Of a stretch of DNA of 64,000 bases, positions 33,166 to 42,819 are shown one piece after another. Position 1 is the first letter of the stretch. Each line of letters begins with the position of its first letter. Source of the stretch: an uncultured Thermoleophilia bacterium (GTDB taxonomy: Bacteria; Actinomycetota; Thermoleophilia; UBA2241). Location: NCBI GenBank assembly GCA_963715985.1, contig CAVQSP010000014.1, positions 736,001 through 800,000 on the forward strand, in the 5' to 3' direction. The position numbers were made by a program, and so were the translations under genes. Under the pieces are notes generated by a model. That model worked only from the letters and a program-made list of their open reading frames with translations, did no database searches and was not told where the DNA came from.

Positions 33166-36100
33166 GAATCGGAAACGGGCGGCGCAACGGCAGGGAGGGC
33201 GGTCTGGACGTCCGGGCACTCAGGGCAGCAACGGCACTGGCCGTGCTTCTCGTCACGGCCTCTCCGGCCGTTGTCCTGAGCGCCTGCGGCACTCAGGAGG
33301 AGGCGCCGCGGGCGGGCGTCGCCCCGCGCGGCGCGGCCAGCACCGACGCCGGCGTCACCAACGGGGCGATCTCCTACACCACCCGCGACCTGCGCGCCAT
33401 GATGTTCGAACGACCCACGCAGCCGGCCAGGCTGAACGCGGCGTCACGGGCCGCCGAGAAGACGATCGGCCGGCCCTCTCCCCCGCCGCCGCAGCTCGAC
33501 CCTCTCGCCGAGCCCGACTACTTCGGCGGCGCCGCCAACTGGGCCACCAGCCCGCTGCTGCGCAAGTTCGTCGACGCGCTGCCCGGCGTGGGCGCGGCGG
33601 CGGCCAACGACTTGGGCCAGTACATCCCGCTGGCGGTGCCCGACACGATCACGTATCCGGGCTCGGACTACTACGAGCTCGCCGTGCGCCAGTTCGCGGA
33701 GCAGCTGCACAGCGACCTGCCGCCGACGCGCCTGCGCGGCTACGTGCAGCTCAACCGGGGCACGGACGCGCGCGGGCGCAACACGGTGGAGCCCGCCGCC
33801 ATCCACTACCTCGGGCCGCTGATCCGCGCGCGCCGCGGACGCCCGGTGCGCATCAAGTTCGTCAACCAGCTGCCGGGCGGCAGCGCCGGCAAGCTCTTCC
33901 TGCCGGTGGACACCACCGTCACCGGCGCCGGCGCCGGCCCCAGGGGCGGCGACCAGACGTACCCGCAGAACAGGGCGTCGCTGCACCTGCAGGGCGGGCT
34001 CACGCCGTGGATCAGCGGGGGCTCGCCGTACCAGTGGATCACGCCGCCCGGCGAGCGCTCGCCCTACGCCGACGGTCCCGGCCTCACCAACGTCCCCGAC
34101 ATGTGGTTCGACGCTCAGGGGCGGCCCGTCGCCGAGGGCACCCCGGGGGCCACCAACGACCCGGGCCCCGGCGCCACGACCCTGTACTTCCCCAACGACC
34201 AGAGCGCCCGCTTCCTCTACCTGCACGACGACACCTTCGGCCTCACGCGCCTCAGCGTCTACGCCGGCGAGGCGGCCCCGTACATCATCGGCGATCCCGT
34301 GGAGGACGGCCTGGTCGCGGCGGGCACGGTGCCGGCCGCGGAACTGCCGCTCATGATCGAGGACAAGACCTTCGTTCCCGACCGCGACCAGCTCACGAGG
34401 CAGGACCCCACGTGGGACGTCGCGCACTGGGGAGGCCGCGGCGCCCTGTGGTACCCGCACGTCTACATGCCGAACCAGAACGCCAAGGACAGAGACGACC
34501 TCAACGCGATGGGACGCTGGGACTACCTCCCCTGGTACTGGCCGGGCTACGAAGGCACCGTGAACGGGCCGGTGCCGAACCCCCTCTTCGGGGCCATCGC
34601 CTACCAGCCCAAGAACAATCCCGGCACCCCGAACCCGTCCGCGGTCCCCAGCGCCTTCTTCGACACGATGCTCGTCAACGGCACGGCCTACCCCTACGTG
34701 ACGGTCGCACCCAAGGCGTACCGGCTGCGCATCCTCAATGCCTGCGCCGACCGCCCTCTCAACCTCCAGCTCTACTACGCGCGGTCGAACCAGATCGCCA
34801 AGACGGGTCCTGGAGGCGAGCCCGAGCTGCAGACCGACTCGGGCGATGTGCCGATGGTGCCGGCGGTGGGAGCGATGGGCGGCGGCCAGCCGGCGAACTG
34901 GCCGGTGGACGAGCGCGACGGCGGCGTGCCGGACCCGTACGCCGCCGGTCCCACGATGATCCAGATCGGCAGCGACGGCGGCCTCCTTCCGCAGGCCGTG
35001 CCGCTGCCGAACACGCCCGTCGGCTACGAGCGGGAGACGGCCCCGGTGCAGGGCGCGATGGGCGGCGGGATGGGCCAAGGCACCGCCGCCGAACGCCTGA
35101 TCGTGGGCATCTCCGTGAGGACGCTGTATCTCGCCCCGGGCGAGCGCGCCGACGTGATCGTCGACTTCTCCGCGGTCCCGAGCGGCTCCAAGCTCATCCT
35201 CTACAACGACGCCCCCGCGCCGGCGCCCGTCGGTGACAGCCGCGTCGACTACTACACCGCCGATCCCGACCTGACCTCGATCGGCGGCGCGGCGACCACG
35301 CTGGCCGGCTACGGACCCAACACGCGCACCATCCTGCAGTTCCAGGTCGAGGGCGCCGCCTCCGCCCCCTTCGACCTCGAGCGCCTGCAGAGCGCGCTGC
35401 CGGCCGCCTTCGCGGCCTCCCAGGACCCGATCCTCGTGCCGACGAGCGCCTACGACGCCGTCTACGACACCCAGTCCACGGTCGGCGTCCCCGCCGAGAA
35501 GAAGGGCACGCTGAGGTTCACGCCGCTGGGCCGCGAGTACGCGCTGACGCTGCCCGTGCAGGGCAAGATGGTGAGCGAGCTGTTCGATCCCACGTACGGA
35601 CGCAAGACGGCCACCCTGGGCGTGGACGCACCGCTCGCGGCCAGCGGCAAGAGGACCTCGGTGCCCTACTCGGCCATCGACCCCGCCACGGAGTACGTCG
35701 GGGTCGACGTCAAGGCCTCGGCGCCGCGCCTCGGCGACGGCACGCAGGTGTGGCGCATCACCCACGACGGCACCGAGTCGCACAGCATCGCCTTCGGCGG
35801 CTTCGACGTCCAGGTGCTGGCGCGCGCCAGGCGCGACGGCGAGGCGCGCGCTCCCGACCCCGGCGAGCTGGGCTGGAAGGACACCCTGCGCGTCGACCCG
35901 CTCGAGTACGTCCTTGTCGCTCTCCGGCCCGTGCTGCCGGACCTGCCCTTCAAGCTCCCCGCCAGCGAGCGGCCGCTGGACGTGACGCGGCCGCTCGACA
36001 GCGAGGACGGCTTCACCCAGCTCGATCCGCTCACCGCGGACCCCGCCACGGTGACCAACGTGCCCGCGGACCTCAGCTGGGAGACGTACTGGAGCGTGCA

Positions 36101-36441
36101 CCTGCCGGGCGGCGAGGAGAGCCACATGCTGCGGCCGCTGGTCGTGCAGGGCAGCCCCGTGGCCCCGCAGGGAGTGACTGCCAGCGCCGGGGACGGCCCG
36201 GCGGTGACGCTCACGTGGAAGGGGCCCATCTTCCCGCCGCCGCTGGTCCGCTACCTGGTGCAGCGCGCCGCCGACGAGGAGTTCCGGCGCGAGCTCGAGT
36301 CCTTCGAGGCCGCGGCCGACGGCCTCCTCGCTCACCGACGACACGGTGCTGACCGGCCAGACGTACTTCTACCGGGTGCGGGCCGAGTCGGCGGGCGGCT
36401 CCTCGCCGTGGTCGGCGCCGGCCGAGGTCAGGCAGCCCTGA
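33138..36441 (+). CDS. Multicopper-oxidase-like lipoprotein with degenerate Cu motifs and C-terminal FN3 (frameshift near 36330; true start may be near 33204)
   Basis: Lipobox LSAC; colinear with the oxidase (RKFVDALPG, LFLPVD, DPTWD, HVYMPNQN, LILYNDAPA, GPNTRT, GWKDTLRV); shifted frame ends TYFYRVRAESAGGSSPWS...QP*. Confidence 0.85.
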
Positions 36442-36448
36442 CGCGTGA

Positions 36449-36482
36449 CCTGTCCTTCCCTGGACAAAAGGCATAGATTTGG
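36449..36482. promoter_or_regulatory. Candidate response-regulator operator (copy 2), upstream of the kinase
   Basis: cctgtccttccctggacaaaaggcatagatttgg; matches 30995-31028. Confidence 0.5.
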
Positions 36483-36550
36483 CCGGTCGCGGCCGGCCGG
36501 AGCCCATGCGGCCGAGACTGGTCCGCCGGTAAGCCCGTGAAAGGACCGGT

Positions 36551-38404
36551 GTGAACGCTCCAGTCATCGTCATGGCGATCGTAGCGGGGATCTGCCTGCA
36601 GGCGGCGCTCATGCACGGGCTCGCGGGCGCCGCGCGGCGCCCGCGCGACACCGTGCGTATCGCGTTCGCCTTTCAGGCGCTCGCCGTCTCCGCCGGCGCA
36701 CTCTCGCTCATCGCCATGTACTCGGCGAGCACCCCCCAGGCACACATGGCCGCCATGAAGTGGGGCCTCTTCCCCGCCGGGGTCGCGTGGACGATAGCCA
36801 GCGTGTGGCTGGTCGCGTTCTACACCGGCGTCCGCCCGATGCGCTGGCTCCTCGCGCTCACCGCGGCGCTCTGCGCTTTCGTCGTCGTGGACCTCGCGCT
36901 CCCGACCGGGCTGTTGCACGACAGTGCCGGTGCGATCACGAGGACCAGCATGGCGGGAACGCACGTCTCCATCATGGTCATGCCCCACCCGCACCCCTTG
37001 AACCCCCTTGCCGACGGGGTGACCCTCCTGGCGTTCGCGTTCATGTTCTACGCGGCGTGGCGCGTGCACCGTCGCGGCGAACACCGCAGAGCGTGGTTCG
37101 TGGCCGCCGTCGTGTTCGTCCTCCTGGTGGTGAACATCGCGGACGCGCTCCAGGCCTACGGCGCGGCGTGGGACGTGTATCTCACGCAGCTCGCGTTCGC
37201 GGCGCTCGTCATCGGCGTGAGCGTCGCGCTCCGCCGGCAGTCTTCACGCACGGAGGCGGAGCTCTCCGGCTACCGCAGCCATCTCGAGGCCCTCGTGGAT
37301 GAGCGGATGCGCGACCTCGAAGACGCGCACGAACGACTGGCGCAGGAGTCGCGGGAGCGGCTTGCCACCGCGGCGGCGCTGCGACGGCGTGTGGCCGAAC
37401 TGGACGCTCTGCAGCACATCTCACGGATGCTCGCCGACCGCAGTGACCTGGACACGGTGCTGCGCGAGATCGCGCCCCGGATCGCGGCCTTTCTGGAAGC
37501 CGACCAGGTGCGGGTCGTCCTGACCGGGGGCGGGGCCGAGGGCGCCGGCCGCGCGGATGGTCACCAGCCCGGGCCGCACCTGGAGCCGGCGGACGGCCTG
37601 CTCGTCGTGCCGCTCGTGGCGCGCGGCCACACGGTCGGCGCGCTCCACATCACGAGGGACGACGAGGCGCCGTTCTCCGACCAGGAGCGCCGTCTGGCCC
37701 AGACCGTGGCCGACGACGTGGCGGCCGCCGTGGAGAACGAACTGCTGCACGCGCAGCAGACGCGAGAGGCCACGGAGGAGGAGCGCCAGCGGCTGGCCCG
37801 CGACCTTCACGACGCCGTCTCGCAGACGGTCTACTCCGCGGTGCTCATCGCCGAGGCCCTGCCCGCCGTGTGGGCGCGGGACCAGGCTGAGGGGATGGAG
37901 AATCTCGCACGCCTGCAACGCCTCGTGAGGGCCGCGCTGGCCGAGATGCGCGCCCTCCTCTACGAGCTGAGGCCGGCCGCTCTCGAGGCCGCTCCGCTCG
38001 GGAGCCTTCTCGACCGCCTGGGCGACATGTTCGCCGGCCAGCTGCAGGGCACTGTCACCGTACGTTCGAGCGGAGATCTCGACCTGCCGCCCGACGCCAA
38101 GCTCGTGCTCTACCGCGTGACCCAGGAGGCGCTGAGCAATATCCTCAAGCACGCTCACGCCAGCGAAGCGGACGTGGAAGTGATCGCGGAAGACGGCGTG
38201 GTGTCGCTGTACATCACGGACGACGGGACGGGCTTCGACCTCCGCACGGTCAGCCCGTCGGGGATGGGCCTGCGGATGATGCGCGAGCGTCTGGAGGGAG
38301 CGGGCGGCTCGTTCGCCATCGAGAGCGCGCCAGGCCGGGGGACGACCATCAGGGCCGTCATCCCCGGCAGAATCGACGTCCAGGCGTCGGCGAAGGCGGT
38401 GTGA
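36551..38404 (+). CDS. Multi-TM GAF-domain sensor histidine kinase (HisKA_3)
   Basis: About 7 TM segments, GAF, ERQRLARDLHDAVSQ, QEALSNILKHA, DDGTGF, GMGLRMMRER. Confidence 0.92.
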   Translation: MNAPVIVMAIVAGICLQAALMHGLAGAARRPRDTVRIAFAFQALAVSAGALSLIAMYSASTPQAHMAAMKWGLFPAGVAWTIASVWLVAFYTGVRPMRWLLALTAALCAFVVVDLALPTGLLHDSAGAITRTSMAGTHVSIMVMPHPHPLNPLADGVTLLAFAFMFYAAWRVHRRGEHRRAWFVAAVVFVLLVVNIADALQAYGAAWDVYLTQLAFAALVIGVSVALRRQSSRTEAELSGYRSHLEALVDERMRDLEDAHERLAQESRERLATAAALRRRVAELDALQHISRMLADRSDLDTVLREIAPRIAAFLEADQVRVVLTGGGAEGAGRADGHQPGPHLEPADGLLVVPLVARGHTVGALHITRDDEAPFSDQERRLAQTVADDVAAAVENELLHAQQTREATEEERQRLARDLHDAVSQTVYSAVLIAEALPAVWARDQAEGMENLARLQRLVRAALAEMRALLYELRPAALEAAPLGSLLDRLGDMFAGQLQGTVTVRSSGDLDLPPDAKLVLYRVTQEALSNILKHAHASEADVEVIAEDGVVSLYITDDGTGFDLRTVSPSGMGLRMMRERLEGAGGSFAIESAPGRGTTIRAVIPGRIDVQASAKAV

Positions 38405-38405
38405 C

Positions 38406-39038
38406 ATGAGCGATCCCCAGCGGATCAGAGTGATGATCGTGGACGACCACGTCATGGTCCGCGAGGGCCTCAAGGTACTGCTGTCCACGGCGCCCGACCT
38501 CGAGGTCGTCGGCGAGGCGGCCACGGGCGAGGAGGCCGTGCGGCTGGTGCCGCTGGTCGAGCCCGACGTGGTGCTCATGGACATCGTCATGCCGGTGATG
38601 AACGGCGCCGAGGCGACGGCCCGCATCAAGAAGGACCATCCCCTGGTCCAGGTGGTCGCCCTGACCAACTACGCCGACGGCGACCTCGTCGAGCAGACCC
38701 TCTCGGCGGGGGCGATCAGCTACCTGCTCAAGGACTCGCGACCGGACGCGCTGGCGCAGGCGATCCGTGACGCGCGCCGCGGCCGCGGCACCATCGACAG
38801 CAGCGCCATGCACTCGGTGATGACCCGCCAGCAGGACGAGCTCGGCAAGGACCTCACCCACCGCGAGCGGGAGGTGCTCGTCCTGCTCGCCGCCGGCATG
38901 AGCAACAAGGAGATCGCCGAGGAGCTGACCCTGAGCGTCGGGACCGTGCGCCTTCACGTGAGCAACATCCTCACCAAGCTCGAGGCACCGAACCGCACGA
39001 GTGCGGCCATCCTCGCCGTCAAGCACGGTCTCGCCTGA
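38406..39038 (+). CDS. NarL/LuxR family response regulator
   Basis: IVDDH, LMDIVMP, LTHREREVL..GMSNKEIA..TVRLHVSNILTKL. Confidence 0.95.
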   Translation: MSDPQRIRVMIVDDHVMVREGLKVLLSTAPDLEVVGEAATGEEAVRLVPLVEPDVVLMDIVMPVMNGAEATARIKKDHPLVQVVALTNYADGDLVEQTLSAGAISYLLKDSRPDALAQAIRDARRGRGTIDSSAMHSVMTRQQDELGKDLTHREREVLVLLAAGMSNKEIAEELTLSVGTVRLHVSNILTKLEAPNRTSAAILAVKHGLA

Positions 39039-39173
39039 CGCTCTGGGGCGGCCGCCCTGCCGTACCAGCCGCGGAGCCTCCCGCGGTTTGCGGTAGACTG
39101 CGGCTGAGTCCCTAGGCGCACGAAACTTGTCGACGGGCGTCTGGCCGGTACCCGGACGGTTGAGGAGCGTCAC

Positions 39174-39822
39174 GTGCCCGCGCTGAGCGATCACCCCCGC
39201 GTCACCAGGAGCGCCCCGTGGGTGGGCGGTACCCTGATGCTGGTCGTCGCCGCCCTGCTCCTCTACGCGTTCACCGGCGCGGCCGCCAGCGAGCCCTCGA
39301 AGTCGGCCCAGCCCAACGCCGACGACATCTCGTATGGGCCGGCGGACGCGCAGCTCTCGGTCATCGAGTACTCCGACTTCGAGTGCCCGTTCTGCGCGCA
39401 GTACGCCGACGTGGCTGTCGACCCTGCGCGAGCGGTACGGGGACAGGGTCCAGTTCGTCTATCGCTTCTTCCCGCTGGCCAACCACAAGTACGCCACCAT
39501 CGCCGCCAAGGTCGCCTACGCGGCGTCCCTGCAGGGCAAGTTCTGGGAGATGCACGACCTCCTGTTCAAGAACCAGACGGAGTGGTCGGAGTCGGACGAC
39601 CCCCGGCCCTTCTTCGACTCCTACGCCCAGGAGATCGGTCTGGACCTCGACAGGTTCCACAAGGACGCCGACGCGCAGTCCACGACGGACTTCATCGCGG
39701 CGCAGGCCGCGGAGGGCAAGGCGGCAGGTGTCAAACACACGCCCTGGTTCGTGGTCGGCGACGAGGTCGTGCTGCCACGGAGCCTCGAGGAGTTCGACAA
39801 GCTCATCCGGGAGGCGCTGTGA
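39174..39822 (+). CDS. DsbA family thiol-disulfide oxidoreductase (frameshift near 39415)
   Basis: Membrane anchor, EYSDFECPFC, YRFFPL, FWEMHDLLF, GVKHTPWF. Confidence 0.88.
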
Positions 39823-40295
39823 CGAGCGGCGAGACCGCGCGCCCGCGCCGCTGGGTCCCGTGGCTGCTCACGGCCCTGGCCTTCGCCGGGTTCGTGATCT
39901 CGCTGTACCTCACGTTCGTGCACTACCGCGGCTACGTCTCGCCGTGCTACGTGGTGCACGGCTGTGAGACGGTGCAGACCAGCAAGTACTCCGTGGTCCT
40001 GGGCGTGCCGCTGGCGCTCCTCGGCACGATCTTCTTCGGTCTCATGTTCTACCTGGGTATCGCTCTGTTGACGGTCTCGCGATCCGCGGTAGTGACGGTG
40101 TTCCGGCTGCTGGCCTTCGCGGGCGCCATCGCGATCATCCCGCTCTTCCTGCTCCAGGCCATCGTCCTCAAGGCGTTCTGCACGTACTGCGTCGCCACCG
40201 AGGCGATCATGCTTGCGCTGTGGCTCGTGGCCTTCCTGCTGCCCGCCGCGGCTCCCGGGAGGGAGCCCGCGGAGGCAGAAGCACAAGCGGAGTGA
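39819..40295 (+). CDS. Vitamin K epoxide reductase (VKOR) family protein
   Basis: CYVVHGCETVQTSKYS, FCTYC, 4-5 TM; GTGA overlap with dsbA. Confidence 0.9.
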   Translation: MTSGETARPRRWVPWLLTALAFAGFVISLYLTFVHYRGYVSPCYVVHGCETVQTSKYSVVLGVPLALLGTIFFGLMFYLGIALLTVSRSAVVTVFRLLAFAGAIAIIPLFLLQAIVLKAFCTYCVATEAIMLALWLVAFLLPAAAPGREPAEAEAQAE

Positions 40296-40350
40296 CCGGG
40301 GGTCAGCTCCGGGCGCCAGTCAGCTCGTCGGGGGCCGGACGGCTTGAAGC

Positions 40351-40494
40351 TCAGTGCGGAGCCGCGACGACGAAGAACAGTGCGAGCGCGACGAGAAAGG
40401 CGACCATCCCGCCGCTCGCCACAGCCGCCCCGAACGCCTCGCCGCGGGCGCGCTCTACCACCTGCACACGCTCCCGTGGTGGGATCCTCTCCAT
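40351..40494 (-). CDS. 47-aa protein with a C-terminal transmembrane helix
   Basis: SD AGGAGG then MERIPPRERVQVVERARGEAFGAAVASGGMVAFLVALALFFVVAAPH. Confidence 0.55.
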   Translation of the reverse strand: MERIPPRERVQVVERARGEAFGAAVASGGMVAFLVALALFFVVAAPH

Positions 40495-40547
40495 GTTGCG
40501 CCTCCTGCGCGTCTCAGGCATCGCCGAGGACTCTTCGACTCCTCCAT

Positions 40548-40574
40548 ACATCGGCGCGACAGGCGCGGACCTTA
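40548..40574 (-). promoter_or_regulatory. sigma-28-like promoter for the 47-aa ORF
   Basis: TAAG-N15-GCCGATGT. Confidence 0.5.
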
Positions 40575-40662
40575 CTAGAACAAGTGTTGGGCCGCGCGCT
40601 GGGCCGGCGGCGACCACACGAGGCGGCGCGGCCCCGACGCGTCGGCGCCGTTGGGCGCGACT

Positions 40663-41802
40663 TCAGGAGGCGCCGCGGATGCGGGCGAGGAGCGCGTCGA
40701 CCAGCTGCCCCTCGGGCAGCGCCTCGACGCGCTCGCCGTGGTCGAAGAGCACGCCCTCGCCGGCCCCGGCGGCGATGCCGTAGTCGGCGTGGCGAGCCTC
40801 CTCGGGGCCGTTCACGCGGCAGCCCATGACGGCCACCGTGATGACCTCGCCGGCCAGCGCCGGGTCGGCGCCCAGCCGGCGCTCCACCTCTTCGGCCAGG
40901 CCGACGATGTCCACCTCGGTGCGGCCGCAGGTGGGACAGGAGATCACGTCGGGGCCGCGCCGGCGCAGGTCGAGCGCGGCCAGGATCTTCCAGGCGACGC
41001 GGACCTCTTCCACCGGGTCGCCGGTGAGCGAGACGCGCACGGTGTCGCCGATGCCGTCGGCGAGCAGCGCGCCGATGCCCACGGCGCTCTTGATGGTGCC
41101 GCCCCACACCGTGCCCGCCTCGGTCACGCCGACGTGCAGAGGAGCGTCGGTGCGCTGCGCCAGCAGGCGGTATGCGGCGATGGTGACCGGCACGCTCGAG
41201 CTCTTGACGCTGAGCTTGTACGCGCCGAATCCCCACTCGTCGAACTGCGCCGCCCAGCGTAGCGCGGCCTCGACCAGCGCCTCGGCCGGCTCGTGCGCCG
41301 CGCGGCCGCGCAGGTCCTTGGGCAGCGAGCCGGCGTTGACGCCGATGCGGATGGCCACGGGGACCTCTGTGGGGCCGGCGGCCGCAGGCTGCCCGGCCTC
41401 TCCCCCGCCGGCCGGCACGCGCGCTTCGGCGGCGGCGCGCACGATCTCGCGCACGTGCTTCTCCGCCATCGTGCCCGGATTGATGCGGATGCCGGCGGCG
41501 CCGGCCTCGACGGCCGCGAGCGCCAGACGCCAGTCGTAGTGGATGTCGGCGATGATCGGCACCTGCGGTGCGCCCGGCGCAAGCGCCGGAGCCTCGCGCA
41601 CGATGCGCGCGAACGCCGGCGCCTCCTCCGCCGTCGGCAGGCTCACGCGCACGATCTCGCAGCCGGCGCTCACGAGCGCCCGCACCTGCGTCAGCGTCGC
41701 CTCCGCGTCGCCGGTCCTGGTGCACGTCATGGACTGCACGAGCACCGGCGCTCCGCCGCCCACGGGCACCGCCCCGACCATGATGCGGCGGGCGGCGCTC
41801 AC
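40663..41802 (-). CDS. ispG: (E)-4-hydroxy-3-methylbut-2-enyl-diphosphate synthase
   Basis: VQSMT, ADIHYD, RINPG, RIGVNAGSL, LHVGVTEAG, GDTVRVSL, SCPTCGR, MGCRVNGP. Confidence 0.95.
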   Translation of the reverse strand: MSAARRIMVGAVPVGGGAPVLVQSMTCTRTGDAEATLTQVRALVSAGCEIVRVSLPTAEEAPAFARIVREAPALAPGAPQVPIIADIHYDWRLALAAVEAGAAGIRINPGTMAEKHVREIVRAAAEARVPAGGGEAGQPAAAGPTEVPVAIRIGVNAGSLPKDLRGRAAHEPAEALVEAALRWAAQFDEWGFGAYKLSVKSSSVPVTIAAYRLLAQRTDAPLHVGVTEAGTVWGGTIKSAVGIGALLADGIGDTVRVSLTGDPVEEVRVAWKILAALDLRRRGPDVISCPTCGRTEVDIVGLAEEVERRLGADPALAGEVITVAVMGCRVNGPEEARHADYGIAAGAGEGVLFDHGERVEALPEGQLVDALLARIRGAS

Positions 41803-42758
41803 GCGTGCTCCCGGTACCACGTCCAGGTCTCGGCCATGCCGTCGGCAAAGCTGTGCTCGGCCTCCCAGCCGAGCACCCACCTGGCCCGGCCGGCGTCGGC
41901 GCGCGAGTGGCGGATGTCGCCGGCGCGCGCCGGCTCGTGGCGGCGTCCCACGGGAGCGCCGGACAGCTCCTCCAGACGCCCCAGGACGTCCAGGACGCTC
42001 GTCGCCTGCCCGGACCCCACGTTGACCACCGCGACGCCGCTGAGGGGCCTCAGAAGGGCTCTGAGCACGGCCTGCACCACGTCGCCCACGTAGACGAAGT
42101 CGCGCGTCTGCTCGCCGTCGCCGTAGATGGTCACCGGTTCGCCGGCGGCCGCGGCGGCCATGAAGCGGCTGATCACGCCCGAATACTCCGAGCCGGGGTC
42201 CTGGCGTGGCCCGAACACGTTGAAGAGGCGCAGGCACGCGGCGACGATCTGGCCGGCGTCCGCTGCCGCGGCGCACGTCTGTTCCGACGCCAGCTTGGCC
42301 TCCGCGTACGGGCTCATGGGCCTCGGGACGGAGGTCTCGGAGACGGGGAGCCCGGCCGCGTCACCGTACACCGCGCAGCTGGAGGCCAGCACCACGCGCG
42401 GCACGTCGGCGTCCACCGCCCAGCGCACCACGTTGACGGTGCCGCCGTGCGTGACGCTGCCGGTGCCGACGGGGTCGGCCACCGACTGGGTCACGGAGGC
42501 AACGGCCGCGAGGTGGCAGACCGCCGCGCAGCCGTCGACCGCTTCGCGCACCTTGTCCTCGTCGCGCACGTCGCCGGCGATGAGCTGGAAGCGGCCGCCG
42601 TGCGCGGCGGCCAGGGCCTCGGCGCCGCGGATGTTCTCGGGCTTGCCGGTGCTGAAGTCGTCGAGCACGCGCACGTCGTTGCCCGCGCTGAGCAGAGCCT
42701 CCACGAGGTGAGAACCGATGAAGCCGGCGCCGCCGGTGACGAGGATCAGGTCGTCCAC
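41799..42758 (-). CDS. NAD-dependent sugar epimerase/dehydratase (GalE/WbpP-like)
   Basis: TGGAGFIGSHL, SPYAEAK, FNVFGPRQDP, GDGEQTRDFVYV. Confidence 0.9.
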   Translation of the reverse strand: MDDLILVTGGAGFIGSHLVEALLSAGNDVRVLDDFSTGKPENIRGAEALAAAHGGRFQLIAGDVRDEDKVREAVDGCAAVCHLAAVASVTQSVADPVGTGSVTHGGTVNVVRWAVDADVPRVVLASSCAVYGDAAGLPVSETSVPRPMSPYAEAKLASEQTCAAAADAGQIVAACLRLFNVFGPRQDPGSEYSGVISRFMAAAAAGEPVTIYGDGEQTRDFVYVGDVVQAVLRALLRPLSGVAVVNVGSGQATSVLDVLGRLEELSGAPVGRRHEPARAGDIRHSRADAGRARWVLGWEAEHSFADGMAETWTWYREHA

Positions 42759-42819
42759 CCGCTCATCTTACTGCCCGCAACGCCGCGACCGGCCGGAAGA
42801 CCGCCCGCGCCTGCCTCGC

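Noticed and set aside
26700-36344. Long antisense ORFs (26700-28046, 28118-30727, 31800-33137, 33444-36344)
   Set aside because: Shadow frames of GC3-rich real genes, with no recognisable motifs
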